The notes under the pieces: model-generated
Seen by the model: only the letters and a program-made list of their open reading frames with translations
Database searches by the model: none
Told to the model about the DNA's origin: nothing
Origin: the human T2T-CHM13v2.0 reference genome, Homo sapiens
Length of the DNA: 64,000 nt
Direction: 5' to 3' (one strand)
NCBI RefSeq assembly: GCF_009914755.1
Contig: NC_060937.1
Shown: in pieces, positions 47,250-60,013 of the stretch
Layout: every line of letters begins with the position of its first letter
How positions within the stretch are numbered: position 1 is the first letter of the stretch
Position numbers and translations under genes: made by a program

Positions 47250-50200
47250 AAAATCTACAGACAACACAGGAAATGCTTAAAATTCTGTGTTACATGGATT
47301 GAAAATGAAACTGAATTTGTTCAGGAATTAACCAAGGTACCATTAAATCCGAATCAGCAAAAAATACCTTATGCACTTCAAAAGAAGGGGCCTCTCAACT
47401 AATGAATAAAAATGTCACATTTTAGCCACAATACAAGAAGTTGACTTTTTCCTCCTTTCTGGTAAGCCTCATTTTTGGTGATGGCCAATTTATTTGCCAT
47501 CTTTTAAAGGACCAGAATGAGTAGAGACTACCAAGGATAATATTGTAGTGAAGTTACCCACACACAAATTAATTTTATTGTTTCTTCTCATATAACCAAT
47601 GCAAAATGCGAATATAGCTTTCTAATTCTTAGTGTAAAACTTTGAATTTATAATCTTTATCCATGTCTTAGGTTAGACTCCAAATTTTCTTATTTTCCCC
47701 CCAAAAATATTCAACTTATGAAACAAGATCATGAGGTGTCCTAATTTAGACTTTGAACTAAAGTCAACTAGGTAATGATTTTAGATTTTTTCTCCCTGGA
47801 AAAGGGGGAGTTGTTTTTGTTTATTCTTGCCATTATATGTAAAAGGTATTTGGTTTTAGAAACAAATATTTAAAAAACAGTAATAATTTGATATATTTTC
47901 TGCCACAACTAGTGTATTTTGTCCCTTTTTAAAACATTCTTAGCTTTTTTTCTTCTGCAACGCTTTCCTCAAGGTCCGTTTTGAAGTTATTTTTACATAG
48001 ACAAGCCAGTCAAGTATCCCAGAAAGCCATGGAGATGCCCATAGTTCTCAATCCCTGAATACATAAACTTTTTTAGTTTTGTGAAATTAACGATAGATAT
48101 ATCCTGAGTAATGAGGACAGAAGATAAAGCTGGGGGACAGTCTTGTGGCTGCACTGGGACCTATTTGTGTTTTTATCAAATAATTAGACACCTGGCATGT
48201 ATGAATGGTGGTTTTACAAATTAAATGCAACTTGAGGTCAAAGCAAGTGTATTGTGTATACATGATGATCATTTGTTAGAACAAGTAAAATTTGTTTTTA
48301 AAGCTGCCTAGCCTTGATGAGTCATAAACAAAATTATGTGGAATGTGAAAATAATTGAACTACTTAGAACTAACACCCACTCAGTGATAGGTGATTAATC
48401 CTGCTTTAAAAGAAAAAAAAAAAACAGTCTCAAAACCGAAGGTCACCTCCAGGCATAGCTATGCTTATCTACTTGGAGCAGATTTTTTAAAATCCTATAT
48501 TTAAAGATACCTGTGATTGATATCTCATACTATTCACTAGAAACATAACCCTCTCTTTAGTCAAGCGTCTAATCAATGGCATCTCTTTAGGTCTAAGGGT
48601 CTCCAAGTTTATTACACATAAGAGTTGCTTGAGAAGCTTGTTAGTGATGCAGATTGCCAAGACCCACTCCAAGAATTTTGCTTCATTTAATGGGTTTGGA
48701 GGGTGCAGTAAGAGATATTATAACAACTTCCAAAGTGACTTTTTTGTGGACTATGCTTGTGGAAACACTGTCATCAGGTTAACCCAAACCCCTTTAACAT
48801 CCTTTGCAATGACCTTTCAATTAAAATTATCTTGTCCATAACCATTTTGTAAATAGACAAATAGTGGAATAAAGAAGGAAATAAGAGGCAAATATCTGAC
48901 CTCTAGACTGAGTCTACAGATTCCTAGGTGGACTTCAGGTCATTTTACTTTTTAATATGATTTAATTTGTTTTATTAGATTTCATTTCTTTTTCAAATAA
49001 AGTAGAAAAATCGAATGTTATGCTCTCAAGATTATATAAAGAATTACAGCTTTATGCTTCTGTATTTATTTTTAAATATAACCCTTTTAAATTAGCTATA
49101 TACCAGTTACTAACTATACTTTTAACCATATATTTATTATTTATAATATTATGTTATTATTTATATTAAATATATTATATTTATTATTATTTATTATCTG
49201 TGTTATTTTTTTCTAAGACAGTTATCTCCAACTTCCTTAAGATGCAGCTCCTTCTGGTACCCTTGGGTATATTATATAATCACCCCATCTTATTGGGCAT
49301 TCTGGTTTTCAGTTACAATACCTTTTAAAATGGTTTATTTTGCTGGCAGCTGTTTACTCATTCTTAAACACTTTGAGGACTTCTCATTCATATTCTCTCT
49401 GTATACTGAGATTAATGCTAGCTGACTGTTGCCCTAATTATTAATAGTCACATGATTGTACTAGTTAATATCACACATTTGTCTATTGTTCTTAAGGCTA
49501 TGCAGTCTCATCCCATTGAGATATTCTGGGACATCTTATTTTACTAATTTATCTATTTAAACTTACCCATTTCCTTAGGAAAAAAAACTTGGAAAAGTAA
49601 TATTCTACTAACAATTCTTCAATAAATGGCTTTAGTGATAGTTCATTTAGGAGATAAAGAACTACTCTTAAGTTATTAAAACAGTGAGAATTTGACATAG
49701 ATAACTTGTTTCATAGATAATAAATAGCTGAGAAAAAGAAAGAGTATCACCAGAGCCCAGAAGACAGGACCAACATACAAAAGGTAGAATCACAGGGATC
49801 TGCTTGGGCATCTCTTAGGCACCCAGAAAAAAAGGCAGCAATGACAAGAAGAGGCTAAAAGCAAGGAAAGGAAGTACCAGCCTCTCTGACCCTCTCATTT
49901 TGTAATATCTTACCAGCACCCCTCATTGGAGAAAATCAGCCAGAAATGAGTTGGCATGAACTTTCACAGGACACAGCTCGTGAGGTTCACTCACCCTGTG
50001 ATGCTTAGCAGAAAAAGTAATAGAGCAGAGAAAGTGTATGAGGGCAAAATGTTCACACTTGGCACACAGAGTAAGTATACTGCCACACTACCATATGCAT
50101 TGTAAAATAATGTTAATGGCAATTATTATTAGATAAAAATTAATTGATATAATTAATTTTAGAATTTAAAAAGGTATATTTCTCTTATATTGATGATAAG

Positions 50201-50694
50201 CATTTGGATATAGTAGTTTTACTTATGGGGACACTCAAATAATATAAAGTATTGAGAAGAAATAGGAAAATCTGAATTAAATGTTCACATGCAACGGCAG
50301 ACAAATTGTGTAGATTTGTTAACCAATAGCTGATGGCAATGGTAAACTAAGAAATAAAAATAAAATTAGAAAATTAGGCTTCAATTCTGATTCATATGGC
50401 AGGCCAAGATAACACAGATTTCTCTCCAGGCAAAATAGCACAGCATTTATGGCTAACAAAATACATAGTACTATATAATGAAAATACAAAGTTGAGTTTG
50501 AAAAAGAAAAATCCTGTTGTAGCAACAATCATAAGAGGGAAAAGAACGTAAAACCATTATTATAAAAATATTAAATGCATTCAAAATGGAGATGAATATA
50601 TTAACTGGGAACGTGAAAGTTATAGTAAAAGATCCTCCACATTTCTAGAGATGGAAAATCAAAGGTCTGAGATGAAAAATAGACTCTATGGAGT

Positions 50695-51098
50695 GATGAG
50701 CAGTTGGTCCACAAATTATATGTCTATGTTTTAATCCCCAGAGCCTCTGAATGTTACATTATTTGGAAAAGGAAATTTTGTAGATGTCGTTTAGTTAAAA
50801 ATCTTGAGATGAAGATTTCATCCTGGATTATCTGGGTAAAGATGCAGAGTTAAAAAGAGCTACACAGAGGGGAAGTCGATGTGAAGAAGGAATCAAGAGT
50901 GCAATAAACCGAGGGATGCTGAAGACTGCCAGAACCTGGCAGGGGCAAGAAATGAACCTCCCTGAAATCCTCCAGAGAACGTGTGGGCATAATGACACTT
51001 CAGTTTTGAACTCCTAGCCTCCAAAACTGTGACAGAGTAGTTTTTTAAAGCCATTCAGTTTGTGGTAATTTATTACAGAACCTTAGGAATTTAATACA
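50695..51098 (+). mobile_element. MLT1C/D-like LTR within old L1M sequence (about 50500-51540)
   Basis: taatccccagagcctctgaatgttacattatttggaaaagg...tcctggattatctgggt...gtttgtggtaatttattacag...taataca. Confidence 0.8.
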
Positions 51099-52233
51099 GG
51101 TATTAGCAGAAGATTAGATAGTGGAGAAAAAAATCTTATTTACAGCTATAGAAACTATCAAAAATGAAACAAATACGAAATATAAACAGACAAAATGAAA
51201 AAAATAGCATCGGTGAGTTGAATAAAAAAACTTTAAGATACAATAAAGATGTCCTCAGGGAAAGGGAATGACAGAAAAAAATCTGAGGAAATAGATATCA
51301 AAATATTTCCTAATTTGATAAAAACAATAAATCCATCTATCAATTGAGTAACACCTCAATGCACTTTACAAATAAGAAACAGAATAATACATGAACTCAA
51401 AACATAACCAATTTCCTTAATACCAATAATGAAAAAATATCTTTAAAACAGAGAAAATAGAAACATTGTGTACAGAGGAACAAAGAACAACAGAAGAGTT
51501 CTCACTGAAAATAATTCAAAACAGAAAACATTACATAAATTTTAGTAATAAAATCTATTGGGAATTAATGTTAGTAAATGGTCAGATAAGTTTTAAACAA
51601 ATTGTATTGTATAAAATCTGATCATAATTTGGTGATACGCTTATAGATTTAAAATCTGATTATAATATGCTATTTTCTTTACATTTTTAACATATAGTTA
51701 TAATGTAGCATTATGTTTATATTTGTACAGTTTAAATGAAGGGCTGATGATATTACATTTCCCATTTTTTATTCTGTTTATAACAAAATTTAATTTTATT
51801 TTATAAATTAAAATTAGTTTTCTTTTGGAGACTGCACATTGTTCTAATGAAGGATGTAATACGGGCTTTTAGTATTAATCATGAATTCTTCCATATCGCC
51901 TATGTCCACGTGCATATATTAAATTGATAACATGATATATAAGAACTCTGAAGTTAAATGTACACATGACTAACATGGCATTATCACTAATTTTCACATA
52001 TGCAAAATTTCTTTTGTAAGTGAACAGCATTACTCTGATACGAAAACCCAAAAAATACAGCACCAAAAAAACCCACTACAGATAGATACCCCTAACTATA
52101 TAGATTAAAAACTTATCAAAAACAATTAGAAAATGAATACAGAAGAATATTTTTTAAATACAACTTCCATACGTAAAAGGAATGCATTATCATCCCATTT
52201 TGTAACACCAAATATTTAAAAAATGATGTATAC

Positions 52234-52550
52234 GGCTGGGTGCAGTGGCTCACTCCTGTAATCCTAGCACTTTGGGAGACCAGGGCGGGTGGTTGAGGTC
52301 AGGAGTTCGAGACCAGCCTGGTCAACATGGTGAAACCCTGTCTCTACTAAAAATACAAAAATTAGCTGGGCATAGTGGCACATGTCTGTAATCCTAGCTA
52401 CTCGGGAGGCTGAGGCCAGAGAATCGGTTGAAACTTGGGAGGCGGAGATTGCAGTGAGCCAAGACTGTGTTCCACTGCATTCCAGCCTGGGAGACAGAGG
52501 GAGACTTCATCTCAAAAATAAATAAATAAAATAAAATAATAAAAAATAAA
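52234..52550 (+). mobile_element. AluS-type
   Basis: Full dimer with (AAAT)n tail; TSD gatgtatac. Confidence 0.94.
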
Positions 52551-52599
52551 AAGATGTATACTCCAAGGTCCAGAATTTATAAAATTATTAATTTTACTG

Positions 52600-52820
52600 A
52601 TATATCAAAGACATTCTTAAAGAAATCACACACCCCATACCCACTACAAATGTGTGTAATATGAATGCTAATACAATTTGATGTGTCACTGCCTTGATTT
52701 TTGATAAGGTGCCAGTAGTTTTAACCACCATCCACTTTGACACCGCCAGTATAAATGTCAACAGAGTAGAAAGGGCAAGTAATGTGTTGCTATTATTATT
52801 AAAATAGTTTGCCCTCACTA
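52600..52820. mobile_element. Charlie1-like DNA transposon fragment
   Basis: tgtgtcactgccttgat...aaggtgccagtagtttta...ggcaagtaatgtg...tattattattaaaatagtttgccctc. Confidence 0.55.
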
Positions 52821-53659
52821 TTTTTTAAAGAAATTAATATTTCCTTTATGTGAAAATACTTATCTGAATCTCAGCAATTTGATCAGATTGAATTTAGATC
52901 AGATTGAATTTAGTGTTTTTATTTATTCCCTACATTCTGATGAAAATATCTGTAATTTAAAAATAGCAGCTTTAATGTGTCTTCACATTTAATATATTTG
53001 TCTATCTAGGCAAATCTGCACATATGCATAGGGGGGTACATGGCATACTCTTCAAAATGTTAATGCTTTTTATATCTGAATGGTAAAAAGTGTGCATTTT
53101 TTTGTTATTGCTAACATTAGCAATGAGTATTTTTCCTGCTGCATGTATTAAAAAAGAATACCTTTCAATTTTACAAAAATAGTATCATTGCACAATAAAG
53201 TGGAAAAGACCCTGGAAGAAAACAGCAGCAACAGTTCGTAATGTGTAACAGCTACTTTGGGTCAGAAGCGTTGTGGGAACTTGTCAGCCCAGCATGATTG
53301 TTTTAGTTCCCTGATGTACTGAAGAGTATCACAGCTCAATTCAAAGCTAGTTGTGTCAAGCCCTTCAGACTTGTTTCTCATTTAACAACTGAAGTTATCT
53401 AAATTGGTCTATTCCCACATGCCATACTATTTACTAGGCACTTTGTTAGGAACTAGGGATGAAGAAGTCAAATAAGATTTTGTCCCTGACTGCAAAGAGC
53501 TTGTAACCTAATTTACAAGTCTAAATGTAACTTCTAAGCCTTATGGTGCCTTTCAGTGTAAAAAGGGGTTGACAACCTTCTAACACCTAATGCAAATTGA
53601 TATGCATAGTAACATTGCTTTCGGAAAACGAGGCAATCTTGAGATCTAGTGATCTATAA

Positions 53660-53910
53660 TTAGTTACCATATATTGTACATTTTCTGCGTATCAGGCATT
53701 ATGATAAGTACTATGTAACAATAAAAAACAATTATTTTAAATTTGTAAATAGCGTCTGAGATACATTTGAACTTCTCAGTTTTACGTTGGTGAAAACTGA
53801 GGCTTAGAGAGAAAAAGTAATTTTCCCAAGGTCTCCTATACATGCATGGCAGATTCAGATCAAGTGACTCACTCCACAGTCCAGCCTCTTCTCCATTCTA
53901 TTATCCTGCC
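53660..53910 (-). mobile_element. MIR
   Basis: gttttacgttggtgaaaactgaggcttagagag...aagtaattttcccaaggtc is the MIR core. Confidence 0.75.
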
Positions 53911-56391
53911 TTTCTGCTTAGCTAGCTCCTCAGAGGCAAATCCACTTATGATGATGAGAGTTAAGCTATCTCTCAAATGTTCCCAGAAATAGTGCAGATT
54001 TGTTTTAATCCTCAACTCAATACATACTGGGAACGCAGACGAGACATAGTCTGCAAAAGCAGGTTTATTATTTTGATTGATGCCAGGTGAGTATCAGGGG
54101 TTCTAAGACCTTTATCTGAATTGTATGAAGTATAGCTCACATTATAATGAAGGTTGCTTGACAATTGTCCTTTATCAACATATTTCCAATAATCCCCACG
54201 GTAGTTATATTTTTGAGAAACTGAGAAATAGCAATGCTGTCAGACATATTATGTTTAGAAATGATGTAAATCTAAAGATAACATTGAAACTAGGAAAATC
54301 ACAGCTTTGTTCTTACTTAGACCTGATTTTCTTCTATTGGATTCGGAAGCATATCCGATTAACATAGAGTTTGTTGTTTATTTGCTTATTTTTCGTTGGT
54401 ATCCATTTTTTAAAAATCATCATTGCTTTTTTATTCAGAGACCATTGCAGAAACTGTACTTGACATGAATGAAATTTATTCCTAGATCTTGCAAATTGTG
54501 GTCTATGGAAACTTTATGACTAATTCAAGCTTGGTTTTCACTCCTCTTTGGCTACAGCTGGTTTCTTTTCCTTGCTGTTCATGAAATAGGCCTTGATTTT
54601 TTTTTCCTTCTGACTTATTTATAAGGTTCTGCCATTTGTGCAAAGTATGTGTTCTACAAACTATTTAATGGCCAGCACAAGATAAACCTGCCTGCTGATG
54701 TCTTCTCTGATTTATCATGACTGAGACTGAGTTTGTCCTTACTTTAAGCCTATTACCACATTCTCAAAACGTTGACATTAGCTTTGAAGTCTAAAGTTAT
54801 TTCACATGTGTTTATTTGATCTATTCTAATACATAAATTCTTTTTGATATCTATCTGCTATCTTATACTGCTTTATGCAGTCAGGGAAAATTCAATAGAT
54901 TCTTAGGAAGTGTTATATGTGAGATTTATTAAAAAACAAAACCAAAGAACACATCCACTTTTACAATCATCCAAATTTATGCTAAATGTTCTATTATTTT
55001 TATTATAATCCAATTCTCTTTAGTAAAATCACACTTTTACTTACCTCACATTATAGTTTACAAACTAAAGCATATATTATTTCAATTTGCCTTAGCTAAA
55101 TTTCTGGAAAATAACAAAGGTTGATGTCACTTTTTCCTAATTTCATGGTTGAAAGAAACAAACTTAAAATGTTAATAGATTTGCCCCAAATTATATAAAA
55201 TTCAGATTGAGTCTGGTTCTAGAAATCAAATCTTTCAATGTCAAACCTAGTGTTATAATTTACCTTGATGTTTTCTACTTCTTAAGGCATATGATCATAT
55301 TATTTTAGTTTACTCATCACTCAGCTTATAAAATATTGAAAAAAACCAGTAATACTTCGTGTTGTCTTAAATCTTGAAACTGTATATTATACACATTATG
55401 CATCTGAGTCAGTAAAAATCACAGTGATGAAGTAAATGTTATTTAAACTTCCATCATGGGTTGTAGCCTACTTCATTACAGGCCATCTATTCCCAAATCC
55501 TACAAAATAATTTCTTCCAAATGTTAAACCTCTTGTCAGTCTTTTAGCATTCAATTAGTTCCATTTGCAGTAGATGTAACCCAGAAGCCAGCCTTTATAT
55601 TGCACTTCTAATGGTGAGAGTGAGATGTGAGAAAACTGTTATTCTGCAAAAGTGGCCCTGGATAAGTATGATCAAAAAGAACTGAAAACATTTGATCTTG
55701 GAACAATGCAAATCATTTCCAAAACAAAGTTTCCTGCATTGACAAGTACATTTACAGGTTCTCACCTTCAGTGTTTCAAAATGTATTTATAAGGCATAAT
55801 ACATGAGATAGCCCAGATTAAGAAATGATATGAAAGAAAGATTTTTATCTGAAAACTTTTTTTTCAAAAATTTCCAAAATGCTGGGACCTTGCAATTTTA
55901 AGTTTTATGGAAGCCAGTTATTCTGTAGGACAGTAGGGTGTTTGTTAAGTTTGACAGTGTTATTATATATTAGAAAGATGTCAGCACTTGGAGGCAGGAA
56001 AAGGATTTTGCCATCAAGTAACTGAGATATACAAGTGTTCTAGGTCACCTGGAGAAACCTAAAAAGCCAAACAGCGTCCACTCTCAAGAAGCTCTGCCTA
56101 ATACAGGAATTCATGACAAATGCAGACACAGAATCTACATGTTAGAATGATGCAGATTCAGTATTAGGAAGGTTCAACTGAAAAAGAGCTTCACTTCAAT
56201 ATTAAGGTATGCGGAAAATAATTTTGAACAAGAAGATAGCTGTTTAGAGGGTTTAAGTATACATTGATATTTAACTTGTACAGAGAAAAAAAATTCTGAA
56301 TAAAGAAAACTGAATAAGCAGAGAAATATATATAAGAAGTTATAAGGCATATTTGGCAGGAAATAAATACGTCAATTTATCTGGTACAAAG

Positions 56392-57163
56392 TGTTACCGG
56401 AATGTGAGTCTGCAGTTATCCTGAGAAACTCCAGAGGGGAGACTTTGCAGATCTCAGTCCTTTGTCTTCTGGAAGGAAATAATTCAAATGAGATACACAG
56501 GCAAGCTTTAAAGCAGGAGGGAAAGTTTATTTCAAGAGAAGTGAGAGTTTCTTGGAGAAAGTAGATTACACCTGGAGGATAGCCAAGCAGGCAACTTGAA
56601 AAATCAGGTGCCTTGGCTGCATCTTTGTTCTGAGTTTTTATAACCCTTATCTTTTCCTGGGCTCTTTGCCTCCACCCTTCGTTCTTCCTCTGGGCAGTCT
56701 GTCGCTCAATTATGGTGTATTACATGGTTCTGCCAGCACTTTGTTGGGGCCGCATGCGCAGTGTGCTTACTGAAGTCATGCGCAGGCCCATTAGAGGCAA
56801 TTCGTCCTTAAAGGTCAAGGGCCCACAAAGGAAGGTCAGGTACTGGTTAAATTTGACTTTTTTGCACTTTTACTGTACATGCTGGAAACCTTGTCAGGCT
56901 TACTAACTTCAGGTGTCCTCTGTCTGTTGTAAGACCCCTGTTATTCCCAGCGCCAGTCATGGGCCATTTACAACCTTAGAGGCCTAGTTTTATGCCCACT
57001 ACTCTTCCCCTCGATGAGAATCAGACAACTCTGGGGTCCCTACCTTGTCCTGCTCACCATTTCAGAGTACACATTTATAACTGCCTGACCCTGGCTTGAC
57101 AAATGCCCAACATTTCTGGGCCCTCTCTCCTGCCCTGCTTACATCTATCTACCTACTGTAACA
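56392..57163 (-). mobile_element. MER50-like ERV1 solo LTR inserted in decayed L2
   Basis: Termini tgttac...gtaaca; reverse-complement start tgttacagtaggtagat...agcagggcaggagagagggccc; perfect 4-bp TSD aaag. Confidence 0.85.
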
Positions 57164-57689
57164 AAAGTTACCGTGGAAAGGAAGCTCAGAAGTCAGGTAG
57201 AGGCAACTGTTTGGGACAATTCAATAGAACAGATCATCATGAATGCAAAACGAAAGAATTAGGTCTTCCTGTAGAAAATAAGGAGGCATTGAATGTTTTA
57301 AACAGAATTAGAATTACTCTTGGGCAAGTTTTATCTGCCATTGGCATATATTTGTTAAATGAATTAGAAACTGAAAGTAAGGAACTTAGCTGTGAGCCAC
57401 TGCAACTTAAATTACCCAGATCGGAGATGAAGGATGCTAGAAGCAGGGAAGAGGGTTGGTCTCAGGAATTTTCTAGAAGGAACCTTGACAAAGTATGGTA
57501 ACAGATGGAATTATCACAACACTCCTAAATTTTTTTTCAGGTTTGATTCATCTCAAATGTGATAGAACCTGACTGAGACAGTTTTAATACCACAAAAAGA
57601 AACCCTTAAAACTCCCCCACTATTAATACAAATGGTAGCCACTATTTGTTTTCTATATACTATATATTTTGTTACGTATTGTACATATA

Positions 57690-57830
57690 TTATCTTACAT
57701 CGTATTCTAAAAATTTTATAAAGTAAGTATTAGACATATTTTGCAGTGAGGAATAAGGACTCAAAAACAGTTAACAATTTGCCCATATATCCGAGAAAGC
57801 ACATGACAGATGCAAGGTTCGATTTTCAAT
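57690..57830 (-). mobile_element. MIR fragment
   Basis: attttgcagtgaggaataaggactca...gttaacaatttgccca. Confidence 0.55.
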
Positions 57831-59670
57831 TCTTTATTCACAGAAGAATGAAATAATTTTCACGTTGCTCCTTGCAAATAATTCATCCATTATTTCTTTC
57901 CATCCATCTTGCTAACCACAAACTGTCGAGTGAATGTCTGCTAATCTGCAACCAATTTTGATGCTCTTTGTCCTGTGATTAATATTTACCATACTTTCTA
58001 AGAATCTGAAGAAGGAATGCTTAGGAGAAAAAAACTCCACCTGACATTTCTTAACCTTCCTTATAAAATTTTAAATCTTCTTGTGTCCCACCAAAAACCC
58101 ATTTTTAAGATGTTCTCACTTCAAAATATTTTTAAAAGATTTAGGGTAAAAGCTTTCATTGATTTTTCCTCTTCCATGTATCTCTTAGAAGAAAAAAAAA
58201 TAGAAAATACAGTAATCTTGGTGAAGGGCAGAAAGGGAACTGGTTTGGGAGAAGGAGGGTGAGGAAACACAAGGGAATCTGACTGGAGAGTTTTTCTCTA
58301 AGAATTGTGAAGTTCACTTTTAATATTCAAATAAATGCTAGCAATTTTAGGCTTGCATTTGAAACGATTGATAAATGAGACTAAGAATGCTGTAAGATTT
58401 GAAACCTATTAGGTTTTACAAAGCAAAAGAATATTATGGGTTGGGCATGTGAGAGTATTATGGTCAGAGGTGATCATTCTATCAAGAGCAAGAAACTTGA
58501 GAACCAAAGGGCATATTGCCAAGTTCAAATGATCCTCATGTTTTATTTGTATGACTTTTTTTAATGTCTCTTTATTTTCTCCTATCTAGTATAAGGTCAA
58601 AATAATCACTAGCATTTGAGCTATATTATTTAAATTTTGTTTTTTTGTCATGTTTGCCAAAAGCATACACTCTGCTATATTCCTCTTTGGTTAGTCTATT
58701 AACTGTGAGCATTACAGCAATTTATTTTTCATAATTTCAAACATACTTTGTCATAAATGAACATTCAAGTTGGTTAGAAGATTTAAAAAAAATTTTCAAG
58801 GCAGCAATATGATTCCATTTTTCTGTGAAGGTATTATGATGTTTTATTTTAGCTTTAATGACTTGGACTTCAAGTGGTTTAATGAATGTGTAAGCGGGAC
58901 ATCTTCTATAGATATTCATTCTTTGATTTATTTGGCCAGTATAGACCTTATCAGAAGGATGAATTTCATTCATAATAAACATTGTAACTTTATCCAATTT
59001 GAAAATACTGGCACAATATAAATATTAGGAAATTCATTTATACTGTAGGCTATTAATTGAAAGTATAGTTGGCATTCAAATACTTCCATAATTAATCCAA
59101 ATAAGCTATAAATAAATAATAATTATGATCACTTATCTTTTAGGTCTTCCTTGTTCAGCAGTTGATTTTAATTTGCTTAATGAAAACTTTATCCACAGAG
59201 CAGAGGTAAGGAAATTCGACTTAAATTTTTCTTCTCATAACACTACTCAAATCTTATCTAATCAGTAAAACGACTTTGAGAAACAAATCACAACTTTATT
59301 GGATAAAGCAAATAGAATAAAGTCAATTATGACTTGTTAAATTAAAATCCTACACTCAAAATGTATATTGTCCAAATAGAGAGGATTTCGCATTAAAATT
59401 TTGTTTTTCTGTAAGATCCTAGAAAATTATGTTATGTTATTTACAATAAATATATTGATTGAAATATTTTTATCCTTTACAATAGAGAAAAATAATGGCC
59501 TAAGTTATTATTTATAATATATTGTCTATTATAAATAAGACATAATAAATATCAAATTTTATAACGTTTTTATCAACAGACCAACAATTGTGTGTCTTAG
59601 TGAGAGCAGAGCAAATATTCGAGGATTCAAATTCAAACTGTAATTCATTTATTTGTTGTATCTCATACCC

Positions 59671-59724
59671 ATATCTTTATTAAGTATATCTTTATTAATC
59701 TTTATTAAGTATATCTTTATTAAG
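59671..59724. repeat. Short tandem repeat of atctttattaag-type units (4 copies)
   Basis: atatctttattaagt atatctttatta atctttattaagt atatctttattaag. Confidence 0.9.
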
Positions 59725-60013
59725 AATTTCTAGGTATTTTCAATTAAAGCAAAAGTAGCAGAGTAACTATCCTCACCTAGCTGCCAGTGTGGAGGGAGAG
59801 AATACTTAATAGTTAAACCAAAGCTTAGTACTCAGTTATGACAATTGCTATTTCTCACAACTAAAACCAAAGATTATCAGTCTGAATTAGTGATTAAGAT
59901 TTAGCTATGACCTCTGTAGTTTAAAAGCATGGACACAAAATATTGAAATTATTTAATATAAATGATAAAGAATGTATACCAAGCAAATACTAATGCAAAG
60001 AAGGCTTATGCAC

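Noticed and set aside
54084-54092. Consensus splice donor CAG|GTGAGT
   Set aside because: I found no convincing paired acceptor or reading frame, and such a match is expected by chance in 64 kb.
57103-57501. 132-aa ORF
   Set aside because: It spans an LTR end and decayed L2, with no recognisable domain or splice context.
59671-59724. Repeated atctttattaag units as a CRISPR-like array
   Set aside because: There are no unique spacers, the units are too short, and the context is eukaryotic; it is a simple tandem duplication.
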